DNA of 64,000 bases, from the NCBI GenBank assembly GCA_965644295.1, contig CBFFRP010000217.1, forward strand, positions 372,001 through 436,000. The letters run 5' to 3'. This DNA comes from Paraphysomonas bandaiensis. Lineage: Eukaryota; Protista; Chrysophyceae. Each line of letters begins with the position of its first letter. Position 1 is the stretch's first letter. Shown here piece after piece: positions 28,040 to 42,490 of this stretch. Below the pieces are notes generated by a model, which made no database searches, was not told the origin of the DNA, and was given only the letters and a program-made list of their open reading frames with translations. Position numbers and translations under genes: made by a program.

Positions 28040-28440
28040 TAGTTTCGTCATAAACTTATTATTAGTGACAAATTCATGATGATGAATCTATAACATAACA
28101 ATATGTTAAATAGAACTCATTGGCAAGTTCTCACGAATTCTATAAGGGCTTCACAGAGTTATGTGCACTGCCTGTGTATCATATAACATATAACTTTTTT
28201 TAGTGCTTAAGGTAAGAATTAGGATATAGAAAACAATATAGACAGGAATTGTACATTCGATCCTTTACATATTATATTTTAAACTTACATGAAAATAAGG
28301 TAAGTAATGACAACGTGTTAATTGCGAGATTAAATGTTACGATTGCTGTATTTATATTAAAAAATTCAAAACGCTGTTATGTCAGATCATTCCATATATT
28401 CCTTGCTAGGCACACTATCAGACTACACAGAAATAGAATA

Positions 28441-29437
28441 CTATCTTTTCCTTTGCTTCTTGGAAAGATACTGATTACTATTTCTATTTTTCGAGGCGGT
28501 AGATGTTTGTTCGACTGCTCTGACAACTACACAGGACAGTGAAAGAGCAAACAAGTCACACAATAAGTACCCAGCACATGCCACTACAGCGGCATCTCTC
28601 CACTCACCACAGGGATGCTGGCAGTGGGGACATAACAGTAAACTTTCTGAATCATGATCCATATTCATTTTCATCCATGGTAAATATCGAAGCAGAACAG
28701 CATCGTCTTGAACAACGGGGCGCGCGGAAAGGAGAGGACGATACCCTCGGTAAAAGTCATCAACGTGACACTCAATGAAATACTTCAAAAGTGGGGCTGT
28801 TGCTTGTCCTGAGTCCCAAATATCATCACAATGAGCTAGTCTACCCTTGCAACGCTTACAGAAAACCCCATCGTGTGCACCTTCACAATTGGATTCAGAA
28901 GTAGACGAATTTCCTATATGTAATTTCAACATTCCAGAGTGGTGGATGATCGCATATTCGGCAAAATACTCAGAGCGGTGGGCAAGCAAGTATAACTGTC
29001 CAAGGAATCCAGGATTGATGCACATGATATCCCGCGCCGCCTTTACCTCCCCCAGTGCGGCTTCAAGACTACGTCCAGCGGCCATTAGATAAGCAACACA
29101 AACTGCTGCTGATCTACTCTGGCCGTATACACAATGCACCAGTACTACTTTATTCTGTTTCAATTTGTCGATTATATATTGTACAGCAACTTCAAACACA
29201 TCCAATATAATAGCCTCTGGTTTATCTAACAGCTGAGGGAATGAACAGTATTCAAACTTATCGCTATAGGGCTCCCCGCATCCAAGAGCGACTATTGCAG
29301 TAACTTGATGAGATGATAAATAATCCAAGTTGTTGGCATCTTCTTGAGATCCGATATACAAGCCATCTATAATCTGCAGCAGGAGTTGATTAGAATATAT
29401 AACACTCTGTATGTTAATAGCCACATACCTTACTCAT
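28441..29437 (-). CDS. Dual-specificity phosphatase, DUSP12/YVH1-like
   Basis: VHCVYGQSRS, INPGFLGQL, C-terminal CKRC and CPHC Zn motifs; 9-nt first coding exon MSK. Confidence 0.85.
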
Positions 29438-29976
29438 AATACTATCAACTTTACTTGAAGAATACTATACACCTATACAGAGATGTCTATTGGTGAATGT
29501 GTCATTGGCAATGCATGTGATTATGAGCCATACAGAGCTGTTATCATTCCACTCAACTGTCCCTATATATAGACCTACAGCAGTACTGTACCTACATACG
29601 TACATATCTGCTGCTGTATACATTCATCCACACACATTCGTACCTGCATACGTCGTACCTGTCCACACATAGTCCACACACACTCATAGACTCCGTACTG
29701 TATATGGATTTGTACCTGCACCTGTCGTACCTGCACCTGTCGTACCTGTATAGTCCATAATGTACCTACATTGATTTTTCGAAACAGAAGAGGAAGATAC
29801 AGCAGTACGTTTCTGTGATATCATACATATGCATATAGAAGTGACTCGTAACATATGTATGAAATAGAGTGGAGTCCGGTCATATACACACTCCACATTC
29901 ACCCACACTTACTCTCACTCCAGGCTGGTAATATCAATTCATTCATTATCCTTATCTATTGTATGTGTATCATAGA

Positions 29977-30720
29977 ATGACAGCTCCAGTGTGCTGTATA
30001 TCTAGAGGACATACACTCATACTGTACGTGCTGTTCACTGTATATATCAGACTATCAGCATCTATAGAGAGTAATCTAAGAGGAAATACTGTGAATTTAA
30101 GAGAATTGAATGAGATTGATTATAATACGGCCGCATATTACTATGAAAATAATGGTGGCCAGGGGGGGGCATACTCTTATGTAGGTGAATATGCTGATTA
30201 CTACGTTTATTCTGAGAATGAGGGGGAAGGAGAAGGCTATTTTTATAGTTATGATGATAATGGCTATTACGACGATGTTGATGATGATGAAAATGAAACT
30301 GAGGAAGAGGTTGATACTCCTGATGTTATCGGTATGACGAGTTATTTTATTAAAAGCTATGTTATGTGAACTGATGTTGTGAATCGTTGTCGTAGATATG
30401 GTATCTGCTTCCCCCACCGAATCCCCCACTGAATCCTTTACTGTCATTACAAATCAGAGAACAGTTTTTGGCAAAGTTATGGGCAACACACTTAACTTCT
30501 TCTACTTTGTGGGAGGTATCGTCGTAATGGCGGCGTTCGTCAGCTGTTTTTGTAGGTCAGAACAATATACGTATATATATCGTTCCTTGTAACATATCTA
30601 TATAGCTACAGAAAGCGTTCTGAGGTGTCGTATTCTCCCGTTCATATGGGTGAAAATGATGATGAGGGAGAGGCCTTTACCGGAACGAGAGAGACTGAAA
30701 TGTCCAACTGGCCCCGGTAA
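29977..30720 (+). CDS. Small single-pass membrane protein with Tyr/Asp/Glu-rich ectodomain
   Basis: Hydrophobic N-terminus, acidic tract, SPT repeats, TM FFYFVGGIVVMAAFV; two introns. Confidence 0.55.
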
Positions 30721-31338
30721 TGAGTAGTTCACTAGTATTTTGGTATTTACGGCTATTGTACGTCGATGTAGTATGCATGGTATAGCTCTCTTTTTTACAA
30801 TTAGAAAGCTCGAAGTCTTCCGCGATATGTACCCGATGCTGTAAATAGCTCTATTGTAAGATGATTTGTTTTGAGATATTAATGGCCCTAACTAATATAC
30901 ATTAATAGTCGTTACGTCGTTACATTGATGTTGGCTTTAACGATTCGTTTTTAGACCATTTTCTCAATTAAAACGCTCTCATACTATATAGAAATCTTCT
31001 AAAGTATTTTTAAACAGTTCTATTTACTTTACATACGTCGTATGTCAGAGAGTGTTTAAGCTGTGCTTGGAGAAATAAAATTTAGCAAGGTCAGCAATGA
31101 TACCAGCTGTTCCATGCAAAAAATGTCACACACAGTAAGCTACTATGAATCATTAACATAGACCTCACTACTAGGAATCTACAGAGAGTAACCTATCACA
31201 TATGAATTTCAGTTATAAGTATTATGCGCTACTATCGGTACAAGATATGTTTCTCGCACTATGTGATGAATCGGCTCTATATTAACCACAACGCTAGTGA
31301 AGGCACACAACAATTTCCAACACTAATGTGAAAGTATG

Positions 31339-33253
31339 TCATATATGATTGGCAGCGTTCACGGCGTCCTGAACTGCAGTGGTCCCCCTATCCATGATAA
31401 GAAATATAGACGTCACAATATGACAAATTCAATGACGATGGTTATCACTTACGTATTTCTCACTTCTTCTTCTATTACCCTGTCCATTTCTCTGTACGCC
31501 CTACAAGAACAAACTTTCAAAACAAAAAACAAAAATTACAATGACTCACGCTAGAGTGACGCGAAAGAGTCCTGTCCACTGCTTGTACGAAGCGTCATCC
31601 TCAGCTAGGAAATGGAGTGCCTCTCGAGCAGTTAACTCGGACGAATTCTGAAATACCATGACAAATTACAACATAATGACTGTAGATGAGATACAGAAAA
31701 ACTACTCATTGAATAACATCGGTGCATACACAACAAATCGCATCTATGTAAAATTAACTTTGTATTAAGTGTGTCAATAGTCCAGGTCACCTTGGGTATC
31801 AATGAAAACTTCAATTTTTTGGTGGCATGTTGGACGTCGAAGTCAGCTCGGAGGGCGTCCTTAAATGCGATCTCCTGACTCCCAACAAGCGCATTTCGGA
31901 TAGTACTACTCGCGGAAATGTGATACTGCGTGTTGAGAGCTATGATCCTGTACGTAATAATCAACGGTGAATTGTATTTGCACAGCGTGTAATGAAAAGG
32001 CCGCAACACTCAAAGAGGTACAACAAGGGGCAGATACAGAAAAATACACAACAGGTGTACACTACTTGTGGTTGGTCTCCAGTTCGTAATTGTTGAGGTC
32101 TATCGGGACCATGTTACAAGGGTCCTGGTGAGAGTCGTACGCCTGTAGCAAAAATTGATTAACTGCAACGATAGTATATACATCATCGCAGTGGGGCATT
32201 CATACCTTCTCACTCTCGTACATGTACATCAGCCCTCCTTCTATGGTAACATACGCCCGGTGAAAGCAATCACTCTGTCGTTTTCTATCCTGCACATGCA
32301 AGCTTTTCGTCCAGATATTACCACGCCCTTGGATAGCCCGGATGCGCTGCAATCGTAACATGCAAATGTACAGTTAAGTATCGTCACCGTAATATTATCA
32401 TGCGTATCGATAGGGCTGCACACTCACAACACAAGATTGACACAGGGAATGCTTTTCTGAATACCTCTCGCAGTGCATTTATTTTATCTCTGTACTTCTC
32501 CTTCCGCTCCAACTCCATCGCTTTGAGGCCCGATACACTCCCACTTAGGAAAGAATTCGCAGCAGAATAGACAGCTTTAGAAGATATGCCCTCCTTTTCG
32601 TCCTCTTCATCGAAGTCATCATCTTCACCAAGACTAACGTACTTCACACGCTGCTCCTCTAATAAACGTTACACCAATTACATATGAAAGTATCACAAAA
32701 TAGGTTTACCTCTCCACTGTTTCCTGATATCGAATATGTCATACGCCTTCTGTCCCTCGCGGTACATCATATACACTGACCCCCATATTACACATGTCAC
32801 GCCAATTCCCACAAAATATCCTGAGTACGCAAGCTCCCATACCCATACCCCAGTTAGGAGGGTGATGCCACTCACAGAACCCCATACAAATGCTTCTTTT
32901 TGGGCCGTCTTCATGTGTCGGGTGGCTTCCATTACTTCCTCATGGCGGTCTCCACTAAGGGCCATTATAGGACCCCAAATTACCTCCACAGAAGCCTGAG
33001 TGTATGCTAGAAATGAAGCCGAAAGTGCAATACATATAACAAAGTAATAAAAATATCCAAAAAATTGATCAGGTATTTCTCCGGTGTTGTAAGTGGTTTC
33101 AATGAATGAAAACATCGTCAGAGATGCTATGAGTGCAGCATTAGTTGCCAGGGAGTTAAGATTAGTGCTGTACAAATACACAAGCTTGTATTGTATCGAT
33201 AAAGCACCTTTCGCAAGATTAGCTTTCAATACTTTCTTATCTGCAACGATCAT
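31339..33253 (-). CDS. Orai-like 4-TM membrane protein with C-terminal PH-like domain, multi-exon
   Basis: TM1 NAALIASLTMFSFIE; manually spliced GNIWTK...FHRAYVTIEGGLMYMYESE...HFLAEDDASYKQW. Confidence 0.6.
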
Positions 33254-33856
33254 CTTGTATCTAACAGCTACTTGTTGATATAATGAACCACTGATCCACT
33301 CATACTATACTTTAACAAACAACTATGATACTAGTGTAATAGAAACACCTACATTGTGATATGAGGTATATAGATCACTGTATAGTCCACCCGACATTTA
33401 GTTTGAAGGTTACTTAGTAGGGTTATATATAGAGGGTGTGTAGAGCTGTAATGGGCATGTACAGTACATACATATATAGATAGGATTATGATATGGACCA
33501 CACCATACCATACAGACATCTAGACATGACGGAGTACCAGAGTACAGTACATCCTACCGATAGAAAAGTACCGGATGATGGTTGGACCGCTGTGTGATAT
33601 CTTGATTGAGTCGGACCGTATAGGTGTTGAAGATCCGTGTACCGGATGTTTATAAAAAAAACACGGCCAAGTTAAGTTCTACATATATATATATATATAT
33701 AGTAATATGTACGCACATGTACATATACAGAGCATACATACGACTGATTCAATGGGAATGAATATTATCTTAATAGTACCATCTCCGTTTGAAGCTACTG
33801 CGTGATATTTATAGTCATCACATGCGTTAGTAGAAGAATATCTCTTTAAGATACAC

Positions 33857-34759
33857 ATGGCGTTTGCTGCTATAAGCGATATAGTTGAGTGCCCTGTGGT
33901 CATACTGCTCACTGCTGTATTAGTCTCTACATTCGTGCAGATATACAGATATAGAATAGAATCGAAATCACTGTCATTTTCTTATAATGATTGTGTGAAA
34001 CGTGATCAATGGTGGCGGGTTGTGGTCTCGTCATTCAGTCACACCTCCTGGTTACACCTCTCTCTAGATATTATTTTTCTATGGGATGTCAGGCAGTCGG
34101 AGGTATTATTCGGGTCGTTCTTTTTTCTTAAATACACCCTTCTTCTTGTTGTAGCCCACAAAATTTTCCAACTTATTTATTTCAAGTGTTTGATGTCCTT
34201 CCTTCCGAGATTCGCTCCGGCATTGCAATCCATGCAGACAGTCGGATTCACGGGTGTTATATTTGGCTGGATGGGGTTCATGTCGGTGTTTATGGCGTCC
34301 AAGAATTCGACGGTGCACCTTTTGGGTTTCTTTCCGGTGTCTATATATTTTGCGCCAAGTCTGTTGCTATTGGTCTACCAGCTGGCGCTGCCACAATCCT
34401 CCCAGACTCCGGCCTCTGTGTCAGGTTTAATATGCGGCATTCTACTTGCTGTGGGCCCACTACGTATTCTTCCAGATGCGTACTGGACGTTTTGCTTTGG
34501 TGTGGATATATTGCTTCTTACCCTTCTTAGCTGGTATCGCACCTGGGTTGACTCGGGGAATGTTGCGGAAAGCGTGCATGTTGCTGAGCCCGTTCCCCAA
34601 CTTGCTGATGATCTGCAGTATGAGTATGACACAGACTTGCTGGCACGGCTACAGCGTGCAATGTATAATAGAAGACGCAATCCAGATGGAGTCGGAGCGG
34701 ATATAGAGACCGGTCAGTATGAACCATCTAATGTGTTGAATGACGAAATTTCAGGGTAG
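33857..34759 (+). CDS. Rhomboid-family protein (RHBDD1/RBL-like), probably inactive
   Basis: QWWRVV, FSH..WLH, GFTG (Ser to Thr), no catalytic His seen. Confidence 0.8.
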   Translation: MAFAAISDIVECPVVILLTAVLVSTFVQIYRYRIESKSLSFSYNDCVKRDQWWRVVVSSFSHTSWLHLSLDIIFLWDVRQSEVLFGSFFFLKYTLLLVVAHKIFQLIYFKCLMSFLPRFAPALQSMQTVGFTGVIFGWMGFMSVFMASKNSTVHLLGFFPVSIYFAPSLLLLVYQLALPQSSQTPASVSGLICGILLAVGPLRILPDAYWTFCFGVDILLLTLLSWYRTWVDSGNVAESVHVAEPVPQLADDLQYEYDTDLLARLQRAMYNRRRNPDGVGADIETGQYEPSNVLNDEISG

Positions 34760-35272
34760 ATATTTTATATTTTGTGACAGATAATTAACATTATTTTTAT
34801 CAAAGTGCTAATCTAATCTCTATAGTTTGAGGGTGTTTTCACCAGTCCATGCAAACGTAGCAGCTTCCCATTCATCACAAACATTTTGATCACACACTCT
34901 CTTTGTGTTAAATTGCTAGCGTGTTTCTTCATTGGTCTTTCTCATAAAAGTTGCTTATTAAAAATCTTCACATCACCGTAGAGCGATCTTGCTATTCACT
35001 TCTCACATTTTTTAATTATATGAGGAAAGAATAAAGTCATTCCAATATATTGCACCATTAGTGTCTGGAGTGATTAAGGAATAAGGGTAAATAGGTAAAG
35101 TGTAAAGTGTGTTCGGGTGTATTGTATTGGAAGCACCACAAATCGTACTACAGTACTATATACTACATACACATCCGTTGTTAACCCAGAAGCGCAGGTC
35201 ATTAAGCATAAGCAGGCAAAAACACACTACAGCAGAATATTATATCTAATTAGTTACTCAATATTATTTCTT

Positions 35273-37555
35273 CTAAAAATGAATGACGTCAAGCTGATAA
35301 AGACCTTTAGGGCCATCACTGCTCCACTTGTCTCCACCGCTTTGTAGTGCGCTAGCTCTGCGATTAGTATGTCTCGTCATGCGTTGCAGATGAACACACA
35401 ACCCCATCGTTGCCTCTGTTGTGTCAATTGCTGAGTCGATATTAGCTAAAGCTTCCATAACAGCGCCAAGTGCGGCATGGACATCGCTGGAGAATTTTGA
35501 ATGTGCACCCATAACGAGAGAAGAAAAGTGAGCTTCCAAGATAGCCTCCACCCAGCAGAGTGTATTGCTAAGCGTCGCCTCAGACATATTCGCAGGAACA
35601 AGTCCGCCAATTTCTGCATCATAGCGATTGTTACACAACCCACGGAGCATGGGGGCAATCACACGCAGCAGCAAAGTGGCGAAGGAGGTGGAAATAGAAC
35701 GCAACGCCTCGCCAAGTACACAGGAGTCATGGCCAGCGTGTCGCCTGACCAGTGCATAGCACACCTCACACAATAACGACACATCTCCTGGACTTGCAAC
35801 CGAGGCGGACTTCGACTTTTTCTTCTTCTTTGGTGTCTCTGTCGGAGGTGCAGAAACCAGAGCTGCTGCGGTAAGCAGCGCCACGCACTGGTGCTCGGTG
35901 ATATCTACTGCATGACTAGCTATTACAACAAGTAGCTCACTCCTGCATGGCACAGAAGATACATATTAGACAGCCTTTATACCACATGGTTTTGTACCCA
36001 CCGTTGTGACAACATCACTGCTCTAAATAGCTTCGGATGCATGGAGAAAGGTACATACCCCCTCACAAGAAGAGTGTGTAGAGTATCCCAGTCGCTATCT
36101 GTCCAATCGGAATAAGAGTCTGACTTTTTCTCAGCAGCACGAAGAAACTCCTGAAAAGTAATCTATCAAATACTGCACACCCAAAGCACTAAATCATAAA
36201 CACATGCCATGTACAGAAAAGCTCAATATTATTCGCACCATAGATGCATCATCTCGTGCATACTGCTGCTCCTCAGAGATCGCTTCATCTTTCTCGTTAT
36301 CTTCCTTGCATAAAGCACGAAGAACTTCTCTCACATTGGTTGTCAAAGAAGAAATCACAGTCTGTGGGGACTTTTTGGATGGTTTGCTTGACGAAGAGTC
36401 ATCAGATATTTTTCTTTTTAGCGACCCAACCACAGCTGCCAGTGACCCAACAGGACGGGCAGAAGAAGGGCTGAGGAGATCCCTATATGACGCCAGAGTG
36501 TGTGGGTACACCGAGATAGATATTTCGTGCTGGGAGAGAGTATAAGTTGGTGGCTGTTGTGGAGTTGCCACCACATTGCAGGCGAGGACTCTGATCTGCT
36601 GCTGTTGGTGGCTAGCGGTTAGGACAACATCTGGATTCTGGGTTGGGCTTTGTAATGCGCTGCATGGGATAGCTCCCACAGTAGACTGTACCCCGTAATT
36701 GGCTTGCCAGATACTCACTGCAGCTTCCGTGAATACCCACAATGCAGATGGTAACCCAGTTATAGCAACAGGGGCAGGTGTATCCATCTCTCTAGTGAAC
36801 ATCAACTCCCCTGCAGCAGATATCTTCATCCAAATTGTTTTGGAGTCAGAGCTTGAAAAAACCAAAGATACAGCAGCAGTATGTCCATGAGAGCACATGT
36901 GAACCCGGCTTAAAACATCAGGAAGATCAACGCCAGAGGGTAAGGCGTGTTGTTCGAGGGGGAGCCAGTCGTCTTCTGGAGCATCTATAGGATCTAAGGG
37001 AAGAAGGGTATGTAGACCCTTGGAGTTCTTAACAAGAATCATAACACTCCCGCCAACGGTACAAGAAGATAGATAAGTTAGCTTTTTTCCCCAGGAAGAT
37101 ACGGATGGCATCCTGCATACATGTATTACAGAAGGCAAAGTAATAGAGCACCTCATGACATTCTATGAAATGCTGAGATAACAGTCTATCAATTCATTAT
37201 GACAATAAACAAGAACATACTTTGAGAAAGAAGTACTTCTTCCACCACAATCACCAGCATGTAATCTGAGTACAAGACCTCCATCACATACGGCAAATAC
37301 ATCGCCACCTAACAGATGCAACTTGTGGGGCTGTGTGGCAAGCTTCTGAGTTTTATATTCAGACGGATCCGATGCCAATTCAGAAATATATAGAACTGAC
37401 GCATTTGATAGGAGAACAATGAATAACCTATATCACCCTATTAGAGAAGCACTCAGAAGCAACAGACAGAAGGCTCCTTACTTGGATGATGGGACATATA
37501 AACAATCACGTATCTCGACATCACCATCCCTTGATCTTGATAGAGGAAATGACAT
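35273..37555 (-). CDS. NOL11/Utp8-like nucleolar protein, multi-exon (start approximate)
   Basis: C-terminal WVEAILEAHFSSLVM and terminal GLYQLDVIHF resemble the NOL11 C-terminus; beta-rich N-terminus. Confidence 0.55.
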
Positions 37556-38463
37556 ACACTCCGTACCATTATGATTCTATCAGTATATTTATTACAATCA
37601 CATCATATGAATTATATATATATGTATAGGGATTACATTAACCAACACGATCTTCGAGGGAAGGACGAGGAGAAGAGGGTTCTTCTCTCCACCAATCTCA
37701 CAGTTTTCCAGACATTTCACTGATAAAATATGAGATGTTAATTCAAGTAAAACGTTCATATTAAATGATATATATATCAGTGATTATATGAACTTGTGTG
37801 TGTGTATGGAACATATATGAGCCTGTTATGCCTGTGGATGGATCGATATGGTTAGCTGGACTATCAGTGTGTCCTGAACCACCAAACCATGGAACAACCA
37901 TCCGTATGTAGTTGTACATGTATGTATGGAGACAGTATTATGCAATTGGCATACAGTACGTCTATAGTACGTCTATAGTACATTAGAGTCGTGTATATAT
38001 CTCTTCCAAAACTCTGCTATTTTAGGATAAACTCTATAGTTTTATACATAAAAAAGTTCATTTGTCATAAAAGACCTGATTTTGTGACAAGTGTAATAAA
38101 AAGTAAAGCATTTCTACAATGCAGTCCTGGAATCCTGTGCAGAAATACGTATAAAAAAAAGATTGTAAAGAGGCACTAGTTGAACTCTTGTATTTTTCTA
38201 TAAAGTGTACATACGTAAACTGTCATAGTGTACAGAGCTCTGTATATATATGTGTGTGTATGTATATATAGGCTCTTCATATGTAGATTAAGTTCCCACA
38301 CACTTTACCCTCCTGTTGACCATATTCGTTGAATGTAAAGTATTGAGTGAGCTTCTAATCATCTCTGTGTTACGTTATCAACTAACTCACGTCTTATAAT
38401 CCAATACATATATCCCTATTAGACCAGCCGCATACACACACACAGACATACACATACATCAAC

Positions 38464-41329
38464 ATGATCATTCGTATACGAAGTAATCTTGCTGCATGGA
38501 AAGTTAATGTCCCTGATAACTGTAATACCATTGAAGACTTACAGACAGAAGCCTGTAAACAGTTTAATGTTGCACCCGGTGCCTTAAGGTTATCACAGCA
38601 TCAAGATGGTGATGTATTGGATGAACACGCCACCTTTAAAGAGTTGAATATTAAACATGGAGATATGCTATATGTGGTGGGGAAATTGAGGGAAATCGTA
38701 GTGGAAAAATCATATATAGAAGATGGAGGCACTGTTGTAGGTGCTGGGAAGCGAATTATTAGTGAAGAGGCAGAAAACCCTAAAGAGCCAGTAAACACAA
38801 GTGACAGTAAAAATTCAAGTCATTCTATGAATGAAGTAAAGAAAAATTGGAAATTAAATGATGAGGTATGTGAAGACCCTTACCTTGCACAGGTTTCCGA
38901 CTCGGCTGTTTCCGCTCAGGTAAAGTAGTGTATTCATGCTATAGATGCTCCTATATATTCATACATATAGTTTGGTGGTGATATTATTTGATATTAATTC
39001 GCCCAGAAGTTTATTGGTTCAGGAAGTCGTGAAATATTGGAAGATGGCAACCCATCAGTAGATGCAGACTTGGAGGCTGATGCAGCTTTGGCGGCAGCTT
39101 TAAGTGCTGAGCCGATGTCACCAGAGGTTAGCTGAATTATGTAAACGTGATGAGTGTACTGGAACACGCTGTTATGTTAATGTGATAACTGTAATGCATT
39201 GAGCTATTTCTAATGTCATTTGTGTGTAATGTGGGCAGGTACGTAAACCTGACGAAGCGAAGCGCATGCGTTTGTACGACGATGACACCGAAGACGATAT
39301 TGGCAACATTAGTGACAACTTTATGGGAATACCAATAGATGGACATTTCGCTGCCGGTATACGAAGTGGCAATAGAGTGGCTCAGGTATCTGTTTTCTCA
39401 GTCAATATGCCGAAAAGAAGAAATCGCTGTTTGTTGCTGTGATAGTGTTGCATTTCTCTCGCTGTTTTATGTGCAATTGCCTTCTCACAAGTGTTGCTTA
39501 GACATTTATACATGGAGCAAGGCCTGCCGAGATGCCCTCCCCTGTTGGTTCGAATATGTCACTTGACCCTGAAACAATAAGTGAACTTAGGGCGGCGGGT
39601 TTGGACATGGAAGAAATACAGCACGCTGCGGATGAAATGTTCGCTGAGAGGTATGTACTTTATGTAGAACTCTGAATGTAAGCCAGCATAATAATACATG
39701 TATGCGAAAGTAATACTCTGTCAACTGCTTGTTACGGAATGTTCTGAACCGCTCTACTCTTCGTTTTAGACTGCAAGCCCATTTAATATCTGAGGACGAT
39801 GTTCTGGACCATGAGACAAGGTATCATGTGTCAATGATTATGCCGTGGAAAATACTGTTTTTCCTATTAAATTATACTTGTAGATCCGCGTATTATATTC
39901 TGTGATATGTGTATGAGGTGATTACATGTGCGCAGGGAACGTGATGAAATGGCGATGGATGTCAGTAGCCAACGCGACGCTCTAAATCGGATGGACGCCC
40001 GTAGGAACCCGACTCGCGCTCCTCAAGTAGTCGACATAACATCTGGTATGTACTTGTACTTGAAAGTACTTCTTATTTCTAGCTAGCTTGAAATTCCGCC
40101 AGCCTTGTACCATGTACTGATTCTTCGAACAGCATGCAGTTGCTCTCTCTAATTATGCAGCATTTGCCGTGTACTATTTTGATTATTAACTTTTGCAATG
40201 TTGTGGTTTATTCTACCATACATGGATAGCATCCTAATTTCTGTTGTCAGTAGATAATGATAGTATGCCGTTTTTACATGACCGCTACAGTGCCAACTCC
40301 GGAGAAGACTACCGTAATTCAATGACTCAGATTCAAGCACGCCTCGAAGAGGCTGAGAAAGAGGTGCGAAGGTCGCTTGCACGACCTTCAAGTTCAGGAT
40401 ATGGCACATATGGCGCCCTAATAGAGGAAGACACTAACGGTACTGATAGCGAGGATGAAGATTTACGGCGTGTACTGGAGCGGTCAAAACGAGAGACACA
40501 CATGAAATCTTCAACTCCTGCGTCTGTTCGCCACCAGCGGATGTCTACCCGGCCGTTACAGTCCAGTACTCGAAGTGGAATAAGTGATATGAACGTTGAA
40601 GGGCTCTCGATTACGAGTTCCGGTGCTGGTAGAAGGCAAACGAGTGTTAATGTGAATAAGAATGAAGCGCCAAGTAGTAAGAGTAGTGGAGAGAGGAGAA
40701 AGATGGGGAATTTCGGGCACAATGAAGCCATATCTCGCTCAAGTGTTGCCCGTGCTGCTCCACCTAGACCTGCAAAAGGTAGTTCCAGACAGAGAAACGT
40801 ACAAGATACGACCCCCAGTGGGGCTAGTCGGTACATTTCAAGCCACTCCGGTACACCCGGAGTTGGGTCTACATCAAGTTATCGTCCAGTGGGTGATTTC
40901 TCTGTTGAGAGCAGCATGAGAGGAAGGCAACCTATCCAGACAGCAAGTGATCGACATAGCAGCTCCACACGTGGTTCTCGTGACTACCCGCATCGGGTAC
41001 CACCACACCCGCTGCCGAGCACTTCTGGCTACACTGATAGTTATTTGTATCGCGAAGGTGGTACTAATGATCATCAGCCTGCCGTTGGGGCTATTTCCCC
41101 TTTCGTAAAAGAGTCGGAGGATGATGAACTTCTTGATAGTGATTTTTCTAGAGCTATCGAGCTTTCCCTGCAGGATACCGGTGGATCCGTTTCACAGAGT
41201 GATCCAGTGAATGTTGATACAAGAACGCGGCAAACTGTGAATACTTCAACACTCGATCCAGATGATTATATTGATATGGATGAGCAGTTCGCAAGAGCCC
41301 TTCACGAAAGTTGGAACAGTATGTCGTAG
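38464..41329 (+). CDS. Npl4-type N-terminal ubiquitin-like domain protein with UIM-like motifs, multi-exon
   Basis: MIIRIRS...IKHGDMLYV; DEDLRRVLERS, DFSRAIELSLQ, DEQFARALHES. Confidence 0.65.
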
Positions 41330-41814
41330 TTGACGGCCGGTGTATGGCTATTAGTGTGAACGTCTTATCGATTGTAGTTGCACTTTTTCTTGGTTTCTGT
41401 TAACTAGGTATGGATATCGACCGAAATCGCCTCACTCCTTCTACAGTATTAATAATTTTGTTATGCGTTATTGATAAAAAAAACTCTACTTGTCGATGAG
41501 TTGAGATCGCTCCAAATGTATCAGTAGGAGTTAAAAGCAAGCATGTAATCATGTACATATTCACCATTGCATCTTAGATATGTAGCGTCAGCTGCATCGA
41601 ATTTACACAGTACAACGGCACAAACAATAATTAAATATAATCATAAAGTTTTCATAGTTTATTTTCCCTACTCTTTGCTGTGTCCACTTACCAGGGCCGC
41701 ATATCACTTAATTTCAGTTAATTGTCAACTATAGAAATGGGAATTTGCAATTATAATTGACTATAGCCTGCTTGAATTAATTGATAAAAAAATACTGTCC
41801 ATTTGACTCTGGCA

Positions 41815-42101
41815 TGTTGGAATACGTATGGTTCTATAAGATAGCTCTGTAGAATGTGAAAATAAGATACTATATAGTATATAGCTATATAACTGTGAAA
41901 CTGAAGTATTGTATCATGACGATTCAAGATACGGAAGTTGAGCAGTGGTCGACATGAACGAAATAAATTACCATGTTGTTGACATGTTTTACATGACAAC
42001 ACACACAATTGTATATTCAATTTAATAAAAGAGTCTATCTAGTTTGATTACAATAAACTTCTCTTAACAATCTTAATTGTGAAAATGACCAGTAGTCAAT
42101 A
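41815..42101. mobile_element. Solo LTR, copy 2
   Basis: TGTTGG...TCAATA, TSD TGGCA. Confidence 0.85.
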
Positions 42102-42191
42102 TGGCAAGGCATAACTGGAATGCGTAATTGGTTATTACACGTAATCATAAGCGGTAAAAACTACATTTAGCTAGTAGTTACAACCCTCAAA

Positions 42192-42490
42192 CCACCTCAA
42201 CAACCAGCACCATCTCCACCACCGACTTGCACTCTCATATACTACTCGCCTCACCCACCCCCCACATAATCCATGGCACAGGCCCGCCAGACACATTGCC
42301 CAAAGGTAGACCCCCCGACTAACCTCACTACAAGGGACGGTTGCACCATGGTGCTCGCAGCGATGCACAAGCAGTCCCGAGACGGTTGCCCGCCACTAGT
42401 AGTATATAGCAAATCTAGTTATTAGCTAGTCTATAGATATATACTAGTTTCTGTACGCAACCGTACTCATGTAATAATCAGACTTTCATA
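42192..42490 (+). mobile_element. 5'-truncated non-LTR insertion nested in the head of another family member
   Basis: 13-bp TSD TACAACCCTCAAA (42179-42191 and 42491-42503); tail TAATAATCAGACTTTCA; reverse copy of the 3' part at 51033-51170. Confidence 0.85.
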
